DNA of 64,000 bases from Acidobacteriota bacterium. Its GTDB lineage: Bacteria; Acidobacteriota; UBA6911. The stretch lies in assembly GCA_963664705.1 (NCBI GenBank), contig OY761556.1:3264001-3328000 (forward strand), given 5' to 3'. The notes beneath the pieces were generated by a model, which saw nothing but the letters and a program-made list of their open reading frames with translations, made no database searches and was not told the DNA's origin. This document shows positions 1 to 9,822 of the stretch, one piece after another (the first letter of the stretch is position 1; the number at the start of each line of letters is the position of its first letter). The translations under genes and the position numbers were made by a program.

Positions 1-279
1 ATCGGCCGGGCGAACGACTCCTGACCGGATCATTCCGTCGCTGCCGGGAACAGTGCAATCTGCCACCCCAAAATACCCTGTTTTTTGTTTGGCTCAAATG
101 GCCCTAAGACCGTTATATAGTTAGCCCTGTTTTGCGCAAAGCAGGTATCAAGTGATAACTGCTTCATTAAATGCGCATTTGTGTCGATAACTATAGAGCG
201 ATAGGCGGTGGAACCGGTCTACCCCCTCCGAAAAACCTTTTTTGGGGGAGGCGGGCCAGGGGAACCGTAAGGTAGCAAA

Positions 280-1143
280 TTGCTGAGCAAATTGAAAATT
301 GTTCTGGAAATGGTGAAGGTCGAGCACACGATCTTTGCCCTTCCTTTTGCTTTTCTAGGTGCATTCTTGGCGGCTCGGGGCATTCCCCAACCGGCACAGA
401 TTGGATGGATTTTGGTGGCAATGGTCGGTGCACGCAGTGCGGCAATGGCATTCAACCGGTTGGTGGATCTTCCGTTTGATGCCAGGAATCCGCGCACGCT
501 CAATCGGGCACTCCCGCAGAAACTGCTTACCCGCGGTTTCGTAGCGGTGTTCATTGTTATCAGCTCGGCGATGCTGATTTTTGCAGCATCCAGGCTGAAT
601 CGGCTGTCGCTGATCCTGAGTCCGGTGGCGCTTGCCATCGTCTTTTTTTATTCCTATACGAAGCGATTCACATGGCTGACGCACGTGTTTCTGGGCGTTT
701 CGCTGGCTTGCGCTCCCATAGGCGCGTGGATAGCGCTGCGGGGATCTCTTTCGCTGTCACCGATTATTCTGGGGATGGCTGTTGCCCTGTGGGTAGCCGG
801 CTTTGACGTGATCTATTCCTGCCAGGATGTCAAATTTGACCAGGGGGAAGCGCTCTATTCGATCCCAAAGCGCTTTGGAGTCGGAGCGGCACTTTGGATT
901 GCGGCCGGACTGCATCTGGTAATGCTGGGAATCCTTGCCTTTCTTTTCTGGAGAGAAGGGTTGGGGGCCGTCAGCTATTCGGGATTGGTGCTGGTAGGGC
1001 TGCTGCTGGCCTATGAACACAGTCTTGTGAAACCGGGAGACCTGAGCCGCGCCAATACAGCGTTTTTCACAATCAACGGCTGGATCAGCATTCTGCTGTT
1101 CGTGATAACAACGATTGACTTGCTAATGAATGGGTCAAAATAA
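280..1143 (+). CDS. ubiA: UbiA-family prenyltransferase (4-hydroxybenzoate polyprenyltransferase / MqnP-like)
   Basis: Motifs EHTIFALPF, NRLVDLPFDARNPRT, YSYTKRFT and GFDVIYSCQD; multi-TM; TTG start. Confidence 0.88.
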   Translation: MLSKLKIVLEMVKVEHTIFALPFAFLGAFLAARGIPQPAQIGWILVAMVGARSAAMAFNRLVDLPFDARNPRTLNRALPQKLLTRGFVAVFIVISSAMLIFAASRLNRLSLILSPVALAIVFFYSYTKRFTWLTHVFLGVSLACAPIGAWIALRGSLSLSPIILGMAVALWVAGFDVIYSCQDVKFDQGEALYSIPKRFGVGAALWIAAGLHLVMLGILAFLFWREGLGAVSYSGLVLVGLLLAYEHSLVKPGDLSRANTAFFTINGWISILLFVITTIDLLMNGSK

Positions 1144-1146
1144 GCG

Positions 1147-2880
1147 ATGCCAACGCAAATCGGCGAACTGCTGGTTAAAGAAAATTTCATAACAACGGAC
1201 CAGCTTGAAACTGCGCTGAAGCACCAACGCCAGAACGGCGGCCGTCTGGGCTCCATCCTCATCAACCTGGGATTTGTGGAAGATGATGATATTACGGCGC
1301 TGCTGAGCAAAAAATACGGCGTACCCTCGATCAACCTCACTTACTTTGAGATTGATTCGGCCGTCATCAAGCTCATCCCGGTGGAGGTGGCACAAAAGTA
1401 TATGGTGGTGCCGCTGAGCCGTGTAGGCAGCACGCTGACTGTTGCAAGCGCAGATCCGACCAATGTATTCGCCATGGACGACATCAAGTTCATGACGGGT
1501 TTCAATGTTGAACCGGTGGTTGCCAGTGAAGCCTCCATCACGGAGGCCCTGGAGAAATACTACGGCACTCCCCATTCCATTGAGTTGAAGAGAGTCTACG
1601 AGCAGATCGCCCAGGTCGACAAGGAGACCAGCGTTGATCTGGACCTCGAGGGAATCGATGACGGGAAGGAGATATCGTTAGACGAACTGCAGCGTTCCAG
1701 CGAAGACGCTCCCATCATTAAGCTCGTCAACCTGATCCTGTCGGACTCATTGAAAAAGGGCGCCAGCGATATCCATGTCGAGCCGTATGAAAAGGATTTC
1801 CGGGTCCGGTTCAGAGTGGATGGAATCCTCTACAACATGATGAATCCTCCACTGAAACTGCGCGACGCCATCATATCGCGCATCAAGATCATGGCCAAGC
1901 TGGACATCTCGGAAAAGCGGCTTCCCCAGGATGGACGCATCAAGATACGAACCACCTTTGACGGCAAAAAGAAGGAGATCGATTACCGCGTTTCCTCACT
2001 CCCGACTCTCTTTGGCGAAAAAATCGTGCTTCGTATTCTGGACAGGGATGTGCTGCCGCTGGATATGAGCAAGCTCGGGTTTGAGGAATCTTCGATGAAG
2101 AAGATCGAGACCGCCATCGCCAAACCCTACGGCATGGTTCTGGTAACGGGGCCGACGGGAAGCGGGAAAACGTCTACGCTCTATTCCGCTTTGAACAAAC
2201 TGAATACACCCGAAACCAACATCATGACCGCCGAAGATCCGGTGGAATACAACTTCCGTGGCATCAACCAGGTTCAGATCCGGGAACAGATCGGCTTGAC
2301 CTTTGCCGCGGCGCTCCGCTCTTTCCTGCGCCAGGATCCCAACATCATCCTGGTCGGGGAAATACGCGATTTCGAAACCACGGAAATTGCCATCAAGGCG
2401 GCGCTGACCGGACATCTGGTTCTTTCCAGTCTTCATACCAATGATGCGCCTTCAACCATTTCACGTCTTCTGAATATGGGAATCGAACCATTCCTGGTTG
2501 CCACTTCGGTTCATTTGATCTGCGCCCAGCGGCTGATTCGCAAAATTTGTCCCGACTGCAAAGTCGAGATCAAAACGCCCATCCAGGCCCTTACCAATGC
2601 CGGTTTTTCGCAGGAAGACGCCAAAACGGTGAGAACTTTTAAAGGCGAAGGTTGCAAGACTTGTAATGGAACTGGTTATAAGGGCCGAATCGGTATGTAT
2701 GAGGTGATGGAAATAGGAGAAGACATTCAGGAACTGATCCTTGTCGGAGCATCGGCCAGGGAAATCCGGCGTAAAGCGGTTGAAGAAGGCATGCTCACGC
2801 TCAGGCATAGTGGACTGGCAAAAATAAAGGCGGGATCAACAACCCTGGATGAGGTACTGCGCGAAACCGTCATAGCCTGA
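1147..2880 (+). CDS. pilB: Type IV-A pilus assembly ATPase PilB
   Basis: N-terminal MshEN-like IGELLV/RLGSIL, GASDIHVEP, Walker A GPTGSGKT, LRQDPNIILVGEIRD, tetracysteine CPDC..CKTC. Confidence 0.96.
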   Translation: MPTQIGELLVKENFITTDQLETALKHQRQNGGRLGSILINLGFVEDDDITALLSKKYGVPSINLTYFEIDSAVIKLIPVEVAQKYMVVPLSRVGSTLTVASADPTNVFAMDDIKFMTGFNVEPVVASEASITEALEKYYGTPHSIELKRVYEQIAQVDKETSVDLDLEGIDDGKEISLDELQRSSEDAPIIKLVNLILSDSLKKGASDIHVEPYEKDFRVRFRVDGILYNMMNPPLKLRDAIISRIKIMAKLDISEKRLPQDGRIKIRTTFDGKKKEIDYRVSSLPTLFGEKIVLRILDRDVLPLDMSKLGFEESSMKKIETAIAKPYGMVLVTGPTGSGKTSTLYSALNKLNTPETNIMTAEDPVEYNFRGINQVQIREQIGLTFAAALRSFLRQDPNIILVGEIRDFETTEIAIKAALTGHLVLSSLHTNDAPSTISRLLNMGIEPFLVATSVHLICAQRLIRKICPDCKVEIKTPIQALTNAGFSQEDAKTVRTFKGEGCKTCNGTGYKGRIGMYEVMEIGEDIQELILVGASAREIRRKAVEEGMLTLRHSGLAKIKAGSTTLDEVLRETVIA

Positions 2881-2965
2881 TGAAAAGTGCAATATTTGTG
2901 AGCCCGGTTACTGCAGAAACCAGAGAATCGAAGTATTCAAAACCGTTCACCTATAGGAGAAGACG

Positions 2966-4099
2966 ATGAGCACGTTGCCCGAGATGCTCCAGAAAACCAT
3001 TCAATCCGGGGCTTCGGACTTGCATCTTACAACCAATTCCCCGGCTCAGATCCGAGTTGACGGAACGTTGCGCCCGATCGATGACCAATATCTCAACGCT
3101 GCCGATACGAAACGGCTTGCCTATAGCGTGATGACCGATGGGCAAAAGCACCAGTTCGAAGAAAAATGGGAAATAGATTTTTCCTTCGGCATCAAAGATC
3201 TGTGCCGGTTCCGCGCCAATGTGTTTACCCAGCGAGGATCCGTGGGCGCGGTATTCCGCATCATTCCATTCGAAATCAAAGGATTTGAAACCCTCAATCT
3301 GTCGCCGGTGGTGGAAAAGCTGTGCGACAAGCCGCGCGGCCTCATTCTGGTGACCGGGCCGACCGGCAGCGGAAAATCGACAACGCTGGCCGCCATGATC
3401 GACAAGATCAATCGCGAACGGCACGAGCACATCCTAACGATCGAAGATCCTATAGAGTTTCTGCACCCTCACAAAAACTGCATTGTCAACCAGAGGGAAA
3501 TCAGCGCGGACACCCACTCGTTCTCGGACGCATTGCGCGTTGCCCTCCGTGAAGATCCGGATGTTGTGCTCATCGGAGAAATGCGCGACCTTGAAACGGT
3601 AGAGTCGGCACTGCGGATTGCAGAAACCGGGCATCTTACGCTGGCCACGCTTCACACCAACAGCGCCGCCACTACGATCAACCGAATTGTTGATATCTTC
3701 CCTTCCAACCAGCAGCCGCAGATACGCGCGCAATTGAGCATGGTGCTGGAAGGGATATTATGCCAATCGCTGATTCCTCGCGCCAATGGTACGGGGCGCA
3801 GCATGGCAATGGAGATTTTGGTCCCGACCACAGCCATCCGCAACCTGATCCGTGAAGACAAGATCCATCAGATATACAGCTCCATGCAGACCGGTCAGGA
3901 AAAATATGGAATGCAGACATTCAATCAATCCCTGTCGCAGCTGGTTTTAAGCAAGCAGATCACAATGGAAGATGCTCTGAACAAATCCTCCAACGCGGAT
4001 GAATTGCAGGATCTCATTCAAAGGGGAGTCGGCACCAACGTTCAATCTGCTGCTCAGCGCATGCAGCGACTCGAGCCGGCAGGCGGTATGCATCGCTGA
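2966..4099 (+). CDS. pilT: Type IV pilus retraction ATPase PilT
   Basis: ASDLHL, GPTGSGKSTT, EDPIE, LREDPD and the AIRNLIRE motif. Confidence 0.96.
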   Translation: MSTLPEMLQKTIQSGASDLHLTTNSPAQIRVDGTLRPIDDQYLNAADTKRLAYSVMTDGQKHQFEEKWEIDFSFGIKDLCRFRANVFTQRGSVGAVFRIIPFEIKGFETLNLSPVVEKLCDKPRGLILVTGPTGSGKSTTLAAMIDKINRERHEHILTIEDPIEFLHPHKNCIVNQREISADTHSFSDALRVALREDPDVVLIGEMRDLETVESALRIAETGHLTLATLHTNSAATTINRIVDIFPSNQQPQIRAQLSMVLEGILCQSLIPRANGTGRSMAMEILVPTTAIRNLIREDKIHQIYSSMQTGQEKYGMQTFNQSLSQLVLSKQITMEDALNKSSNADELQDLIQRGVGTNVQSAAQRMQRLEPAGGMHR

Positions 4100-4117
4100 T
4101 TCTGAAAGGGTAAGGTC

Positions 4118-5329
4118 ATGCCAGTCTACGTATTTCGCGGACGAAACGTCCGAACCAACGAAAGCATCAATGGAGAACGGTTTTCAAACAGTGCCCAGGC
4201 ACTGGCGGCTGTATTGAGGAAAGAGCAGATCTCGCCTATCCAGATCCGGGAAAAGACAGCTCCTTCGTTCAGTTTTTCCTTTAAGAAGAAGGTCTCTCAA
4301 ACTGAAGTCGCCATCTTTACGCGCCAGTTTTCCGTAATGCTCGACGCCGGGCTTCCGCTGATACAGGGGCTCGATGCTATTGGGCAGCAGCACTCAAACC
4401 CGACATTCAAACAGGTCCTGGAACAGATTCGAATGGATGTGGAATCGGGCGCCACCCTGTCCGCTGCCATGTCACGCCACCCAAAGGTATTTGATTCGCT
4501 TTATACCAACATGATTGCGGCCGGCGAAACGGGCGGCATCCTGGATACAATTCTCCAGCGCCTCAGCACCTTCATTGAAAAGATCGTGAAGTTGAAGCGG
4601 GCCCTGCGCTCCGCCATGATCTACCCGGCAACCATCCTCACGGTGGCCATCGGAGTTGTGGCATTGATCCTGTGGAAGGTCATTCCCGTATTTGCAACCC
4701 TGTTCGAGGGTTTCAATGTCGAGCTTCCGCTGCTCACGCGCATTGTCATCACCCTCTCCAGGATCATGGAACACTATGCCATCTTCTTCATCGTTTTCAT
4801 CATCCTGGGCATCATCGCGTTGCGCAGTTACTACAAGACAGCTAAAGGACGACTTGTCGTGGACGGGTTCATGCTCAAGATCCCCGTGCTGGGCCAGGTT
4901 CTCCGCAAAATTGCGGTCGCCCGGTTTACCCGAACGCTTGCGACGCTGATGACGAGCGGCGTCCCGATTCTCGAAGGATTGAACATTACAGCCAAGACCT
5001 CGGGCAATGCCATCCTGGAAGAGGTCATTTACGACCTGCGCCAGAAAATCGAGGGCGGCGGAACCATGGCCGACCCGATGCGTACGTCCGGATTCTTCCC
5101 CTCCATGGTTACGCAAATGGTATCAGTCGGCGAGTCCACAGGCGAAATGGATACGATGCTTGTGAAGGTAGCGGATTATTACGAGGAAGAGGTCGACGTC
5201 GTGGTGGCAAACCTGCTGACCCTCCTGGAACCGATCATGATGGTTTTCCTGGGTGTGGTAGTGGGAGGAATTGTCATCGCCATGTACATGCCTCTGTTCA
5301 AGCTGATCCAGGTTCTTTCCGGCGGTTAG
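4118..5329 (+). CDS. pilC: Type IV pilus inner-membrane platform protein PilC (T2SS F family)
   Basis: FTRQFSVMLDAGLPL, AGETGG, VGESTG, EPIMMVFLG; position in operon. Confidence 0.95.
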   Translation: MPVYVFRGRNVRTNESINGERFSNSAQALAAVLRKEQISPIQIREKTAPSFSFSFKKKVSQTEVAIFTRQFSVMLDAGLPLIQGLDAIGQQHSNPTFKQVLEQIRMDVESGATLSAAMSRHPKVFDSLYTNMIAAGETGGILDTILQRLSTFIEKIVKLKRALRSAMIYPATILTVAIGVVALILWKVIPVFATLFEGFNVELPLLTRIVITLSRIMEHYAIFFIVFIILGIIALRSYYKTAKGRLVVDGFMLKIPVLGQVLRKIAVARFTRTLATLMTSGVPILEGLNITAKTSGNAILEEVIYDLRQKIEGGGTMADPMRTSGFFPSMVTQMVSVGESTGEMDTMLVKVADYYEEEVDVVVANLLTLLEPIMMVFLGVVVGGIVIAMYMPLFKLIQVLSGG

Positions 5330-5422
5330 AAACAGAAAGTCCCCGTGCAGTGGGATGCGATTCCCGTGTCCCACTGCCAATTCATCTTTTGAGCACAATT
5401 GCCGGTTGCCGATCAAAGGCCT

Positions 5423-7114
5423 ATGGAGTCCAACTCAGAAATTCATCCCGGCGCAACAACCAAAGATCTCAGACGACGACTGCTTGAGCTGATTGTCCTG
5501 CGCACAATCGCGCTTCTGCTGGGATTGAATTTTGCCAATCGCCTGGCCCTTCTGCCCGATCATATCAACGCCTTTCCATTTCTCAGCTTTTTCAACATAT
5601 TTGCCATTTCAGCCGCCATCCTGTTCCTTCTCCTGTGGCGGATACGCTGCAATGAAATGCTGCAGCTCTGCCTGCAGATTGCCTCCGATCTGATTCTGAC
5701 AACAATTCTCGTCGGCTATACCCATGGCATTGAAAGCCCTTTTGTCTCGTTTTACCTTCTGATCATCATTTACTGCACCCTGACACTGGGGCGAAATGGC
5801 GGCATGATAGGAGCCGCGCTGAGCATGATCTCCTATGCGGGGATCATCCTGTCCATTCAATTGCGCTACCTGTCTATTGGCGGCATCGGCGGCGATAGCA
5901 GCCAGGCAGTCTTCCGCATTGCCGCCCATGTCCTCGGATTCTGGGCCATAGCCTACCTGGGCACCTACCTTCATAAGCGCCTGAAACTCATCGAAGGCGA
6001 GCTGAAGGAAAAAATCGATTCGGTCACGCAGCTGAAGCGGCTGAACGAACACATTATCACCAGCATCCGGAGCGGCTTGATCACCACCGACCTGCATGGT
6101 TACATCGCGGTCTATAATGCGGCGGCAGGCGAGCTTACCGGGCGACCGCCCGATGAAATGCGCGATCAGCATATCCAACTGCTGATCGGGGATAGCTTCT
6201 GGGCCGAGATCCTGCAGTCCAATCTGAGCCGAAACGCAAAACCTCTGCGCCATGAGGAATGGATCGCCATGCCCAATGGCACAAAGCGCTTTTTGGGATT
6301 CAGCGTTTCTCCACTGTTTGACCAGAGCCAGGTATTGCGCGGATACATCATCTCTTTCCAGGACCTGACTGAAATCAACCGTCTGGAAGAAGAGGTTCGC
6401 CTGAAAGACCGGATGGCCGCCGTAGGCCGAATGGCGGCGGGAATTGCCCATGAGATCAGGAATCCACTGACCGCAATGCGCGGGTCGGTGGAGCTGTTGC
6501 GCTCCCGCACCAGCCTCCCGCCCAGAGATGAAAAACTTCTCGATATCCTGATTCGCGAGAGCGATCGGTTGAATCAGTTCGTTGAGGACTTTTTGAGTTA
6601 TGCCCGCCCGAGAAAGTACGAAAAAAAACCGCTGGACCTTGTTCCGGTACTGCGAGACTCCGTTACCCTTCTGCGCAACAGTCCTCAACTGCGGGAGAAT
6701 CACTCACTAAAGCTGGACATCGAGGCGCAATCGGTACACATCAGCGGCAGCATCAACCAGCTGAACCAGGTATTCTGGAATCTCTCGCAGAATGCCATCC
6801 GCGCAATGCCTGGCGGCGGAAGCCTGACCATCCGTCTGCGCAAAACTCCCCAGGATTCCGCGCAGATCATTTTTCAGGACACCGGGATCGGAATGAGTCG
6901 GGAAGAAATGGAACAGCTTTTTCAGCCATTCCATTCAGGCTTTGCCGGAGGCGTGGGGCTTGGGCTCAGCATCGTCTTTCAGATCATGGAAGATCATCAG
7001 GGGAAGATATCGTTCGAAAGTGAAAAGGGATCAGGCACGAGCGTTGTACTGAATTTCCCGCTGGAAAGCAATGCCTCCGCAGCGGAGGTCTTGGAGCAGG
7101 CCGCAAAAGGATAG
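5423..7114 (+). CDS. pilS: PAS-domain sensor histidine kinase PilS
   Basis: ~6 TM helices, PAS domain, H-box AHEIRNPL, N/G boxes (NAIRAM, DTGIG, GLGLSI); directly before a sigma54 activator. ATG 5423 preferred over TTG 5399. Confidence 0.88.
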   Translation: MESNSEIHPGATTKDLRRRLLELIVLRTIALLLGLNFANRLALLPDHINAFPFLSFFNIFAISAAILFLLLWRIRCNEMLQLCLQIASDLILTTILVGYTHGIESPFVSFYLLIIIYCTLTLGRNGGMIGAALSMISYAGIILSIQLRYLSIGGIGGDSSQAVFRIAAHVLGFWAIAYLGTYLHKRLKLIEGELKEKIDSVTQLKRLNEHIITSIRSGLITTDLHGYIAVYNAAAGELTGRPPDEMRDQHIQLLIGDSFWAEILQSNLSRNAKPLRHEEWIAMPNGTKRFLGFSVSPLFDQSQVLRGYIISFQDLTEINRLEEEVRLKDRMAAVGRMAAGIAHEIRNPLTAMRGSVELLRSRTSLPPRDEKLLDILIRESDRLNQFVEDFLSYARPRKYEKKPLDLVPVLRDSVTLLRNSPQLRENHSLKLDIEAQSVHISGSINQLNQVFWNLSQNAIRAMPGGGSLTIRLRKTPQDSAQIIFQDTGIGMSREEMEQLFQPFHSGFAGGVGLGLSIVFQIMEDHQGKISFESEKGSGTSVVLNFPLESNASAAEVLEQAAKG

Positions 7115-7117
7115 GGT

Positions 7118-8515
7118 ATGCCAGTCATTTTAATCGTTGACGATGAGCCGAATATTATCGAGATCCTCGAAATGGTTTTGCGGGATGAAGGGATGGAAGT
7201 CCTGAGAACCGGAACCGGGCAGAGCGCCCTGTCCATTCTGCAGTCCCGTACAGTCGACGTGGTCATATCGGATATCCGCATGCCGGGCTTTTCCGGCGTG
7301 GAGCTTCTGAGGGAAGCCCGGCAGGTTTCGCCCGACACCATCTTTATCATGATGACCGCGTTTGCCAGCACCGAAACCGCGATAGAAGCGCTGCAGCACG
7401 GTGCCTACGATTACATCACCAAGCCTTTCAAAATGGATGAGCTCCGGACTATTGTCCATCGGGCTTTGAAGGAAAGACAGAGCCGGCAGCCGCAACCCGT
7501 CATCGCCGCGGATGAGATCGAGGCCCGGCAAGGCCAGAAACTGTTCCAGGCTTTGCAGGGGAGTCATGTCGTGGGCAAGAGCCCCAAAATGGTGGAGGTT
7601 TATAAAACCATCGGCACCGTTGCCATGGGGGACAGCACCGTGTTGATCACGGGAGAAAGCGGCACGGGAAAGGAACTGGTTGCCCGCGCCATTCACGAAG
7701 CCTCCAGCCGGAAGGAAAAACCGTTCGTCTCCATCAATTGCAGCGCTTTCCCGGAAACGCTGCTCGAGAGTGAATTGTTCGGTTATATGAAGGGCGCTTT
7801 TACGGGAGCCAATGCCAACAAGAAGGGACTCTTCGAGGCAGCCGGCGGCGGCTCCATCTTCCTGGACGAGATTGGAGACATGACCCCCGCGATGCAGGTA
7901 AAACTCCTGCGCGTTCTCCAGGAGCGCCAGCTGCGCCCCCTGGGCGGAACCAACGAGATCCCCATCGATGTGCGCGTGATCGCCGCTACCAACCAGGACC
8001 TTCATGAACAAATCCGCCTGGGTTCGTTTCGGGAGGATCTGTACTATAGAATCGCTGTAATCAATATCCACCTTCCGGCCTTGAGAGAGCGCTCGGAAGA
8101 TATCGGGCTGCTGTCCTTCTATTTTCTGCGCAATTATGCGGAGCATTCGGGGAAAAGAATTACCGGGATATCGCCCGAAGCTCTGAGGTGCCTTGAATCC
8201 TACAGTTGGCCGGGAAATGTGCGGCAACTGGAAAACACCATCGAGCGTGCCGTAGCATTGGAAACCAGCGCGGAAATTCGGATCGACCGTCTGCCAGACA
8301 ATGTCCGCACCCAGGCAAGCGAGATCAAAGGCGATCTCTTTACATTGCCCGAAGGCCCTTTCGATCTTGAGTCATTCCTGGCCCAGGTCGAGAGCAGTCT
8401 GATACTGCAGGCTCTTCAGCAATCCGATGGGAATCAAACGTTGACCGCACAGAAATTGAAGCTGACCAAGGGTTCGCTGCGCCACAAGCTTCACGCGCTG
8501 CAAATCAAGTATTAA
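7118..8515 (+). CDS. pilR: Sigma54-dependent response regulator PilR (NtrC family)
   Basis: Receiver domain (VDDE, SDIRMP), GESGTGKE, GAFTGA, WPGNVRQLEN, C-terminal Fis HTH. Confidence 0.92.
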   Translation: MPVILIVDDEPNIIEILEMVLRDEGMEVLRTGTGQSALSILQSRTVDVVISDIRMPGFSGVELLREARQVSPDTIFIMMTAFASTETAIEALQHGAYDYITKPFKMDELRTIVHRALKERQSRQPQPVIAADEIEARQGQKLFQALQGSHVVGKSPKMVEVYKTIGTVAMGDSTVLITGESGTGKELVARAIHEASSRKEKPFVSINCSAFPETLLESELFGYMKGAFTGANANKKGLFEAAGGGSIFLDEIGDMTPAMQVKLLRVLQERQLRPLGGTNEIPIDVRVIAATNQDLHEQIRLGSFREDLYYRIAVINIHLPALRERSEDIGLLSFYFLRNYAEHSGKRITGISPEALRCLESYSWPGNVRQLENTIERAVALETSAEIRIDRLPDNVRTQASEIKGDLFTLPEGPFDLESFLAQVESSLILQALQQSDGNQTLTAQKLKLTKGSLRHKLHALQIKY

Positions 8516-8526
8516 GCACGGGGGGG

Positions 8527-8820
8527 CAGAAGACAGGAGTCAGGAGACAGGAGACAGCAAATCGGACTCCGCAGATACAGCAGTTTCCGCCCCTAATCGC
8601 GGCTGGATCCGCCGCTCTCGTTTGACTAATTCCAAAATCAACTCTGTAATTCTGTCGACCCATTCCTGCCCGCGCACACAGTTCCAATATACTCCCTAGT
8701 TCCAAATCCCATACCACTTGCAGCTTGAATGCCTCTCGGTACCTTATCCTTCCCTTTCTCTCCTGACTCCTGACTCCTGTCTCCTGTCTCCTGACTCCTG
8801 TCTCCTGTCTCCTGTCTCCT
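8527..8820. repeat. Inverted heptamer arrays: (CAGGAGA/T)x~4 at 8527-8557 and (CTCCTGA/T)x8 at 8760-8820, enclosing ~200 bp
   Basis: Tandem 7-mers visible in sequence; the two arrays are reverse complements. Confidence 0.9.
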
Positions 8821-9057
8821 CTGTCCTTCGCTTCCGAACGGCTGCTATCCCGAAAAAAAAGTTGGCGATTTTGGCGCCTTATCCATTTGTTATTTGAACA
8901 GAAATGCTGATTTCCAACACACCAAGTGATGAAAACCAGCACGCAATAATCTTTAAAGCCAAAAAGGCAAGATGACGAAAAATGTAACAGTGGCGCAAAG
9001 CAAGCATTTGCAAGGCTTAAGCCACTTATGGATTTTTCCGTTGCTCTCAATCAGGAT

Positions 9058-9073
9058 TGGCACGGGTTTTGCA
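9058..9073 (+). promoter_or_regulatory. Sigma54 (-24/-12) promoter of the pilin gene
   Basis: TGGCAC-GGGTT-TTGCA fits TGGCAC-N5-TTGC, ~55 bp upstream of the pilin and downstream of pilR. Confidence 0.88.
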
Positions 9074-9125
9074 AATGATTTTACCGGTAACGCAATGAAT
9101 GTCCCCCAAAAATAGAGAAGAGGAG

Positions 9126-9635
9126 ATGGAGTTCATGAAAAAGGAACAGGGCTTTTCACTTATCGAGCTTTTGATCGTCGTGGCGATTATCGCCATCATC
9201 GCAGCGATCGCAGTCCCCAGCATGTTGACATCCAGAATGGCCGCCAATGAAGCGGGCGCCATCCAGGGATGCCGTACCATCGGCTCCGCCGAAGTGGCCT
9301 ATTCGGCCGTAAACAACCAGAGCTATGCGAACCTCGCAACATTGGTCGGTGGCAAATTCCTGGACGACAGATTCACAGCCACCGGCTTCAATGGCTTCAA
9401 ATATACCGAGGGATCGACTGTAACCGGCGCGACCGATTTTGATGCCACCATCAAATCCTTCCTCGCCGAACCGCTGACAGCCGACTCGACCGGCAGATAC
9501 AACTACGGAATTGGCGCCGATCAGGCCGTTCGCTACATGGGCGAAGCAGGAAGTGCTGACCCGGCCAAGTGCGGTGCCGGCAATTGCATCGCTGGCGATC
9601 CGATTGGTAAGGCAGGAGCTGGCTCCGGCAGCTAG
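9126..9635 (+). CDS. pilA: Type IV major pilin (PilA-like)
   Basis: Class III signal MKKEQG|FSLIELLIVVAII with E5; C-terminal Cys pair; start may be ATG 9135. Confidence 0.9.
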   Translation: MEFMKKEQGFSLIELLIVVAIIAIIAAIAVPSMLTSRMAANEAGAIQGCRTIGSAEVAYSAVNNQSYANLATLVGGKFLDDRFTATGFNGFKYTEGSTVTGATDFDATIKSFLAEPLTADSTGRYNYGIGADQAVRYMGEAGSADPAKCGAGNCIAGDPIGKAGAGSGS

Positions 9636-9665
9636 AATTAACCGATTGTCCCATCTGTTGCAAAG

Positions 9666-9700
9666 GAAAGGGCGGCTCATTGAAGCCGCCCTTTCTATTT
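9666..9700 (+). terminator. Rho-independent terminator after pilin
   Basis: GAAAGGGCGGCT-loop-AGCCGCCCTTTC followed by TATTT. Confidence 0.8.
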
Positions 9701-9822
9701 GAGGCACTGGTTTTGTTTTTTCTTTTGAATCCTATGGATTTTGCCGACAAGTCTATTGTCAAATCCGGATCTCGCCAGGATCCATGGAAAAACACAGCGG
9801 CCATACAACAAGTTGATCTGAG

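Noticed and set aside
1-66. Start of a minus-strand gene running off the left edge
   Set aside because: An open frame exists (GTG GCA GAT ... ATG ATC CGG TCA) but is too short to support a call.
205-270. Riboswitch upstream of ubiA
   Set aside because: A GC-rich hairpin is present but no recognisable aptamer consensus.
8527-8820. Possible CRISPR array
   Set aside because: Contiguous 7-mers with no unique spacers; no cas genes in the window.
8505-9050. 181-aa minus-strand ORF with RRQETGV repeats
   Set aside because: The repeats are translations of the heptamer arrays; the ORF crosses the pilin promoter region and has no credible start.
9126-9635. Electrically conductive (e-pilin) candidate
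   Set aside because: Full-length pilin of ~160 aa with about 13 aromatic residues (~8%) and an aromatic-free gap from F1 to about Y50.
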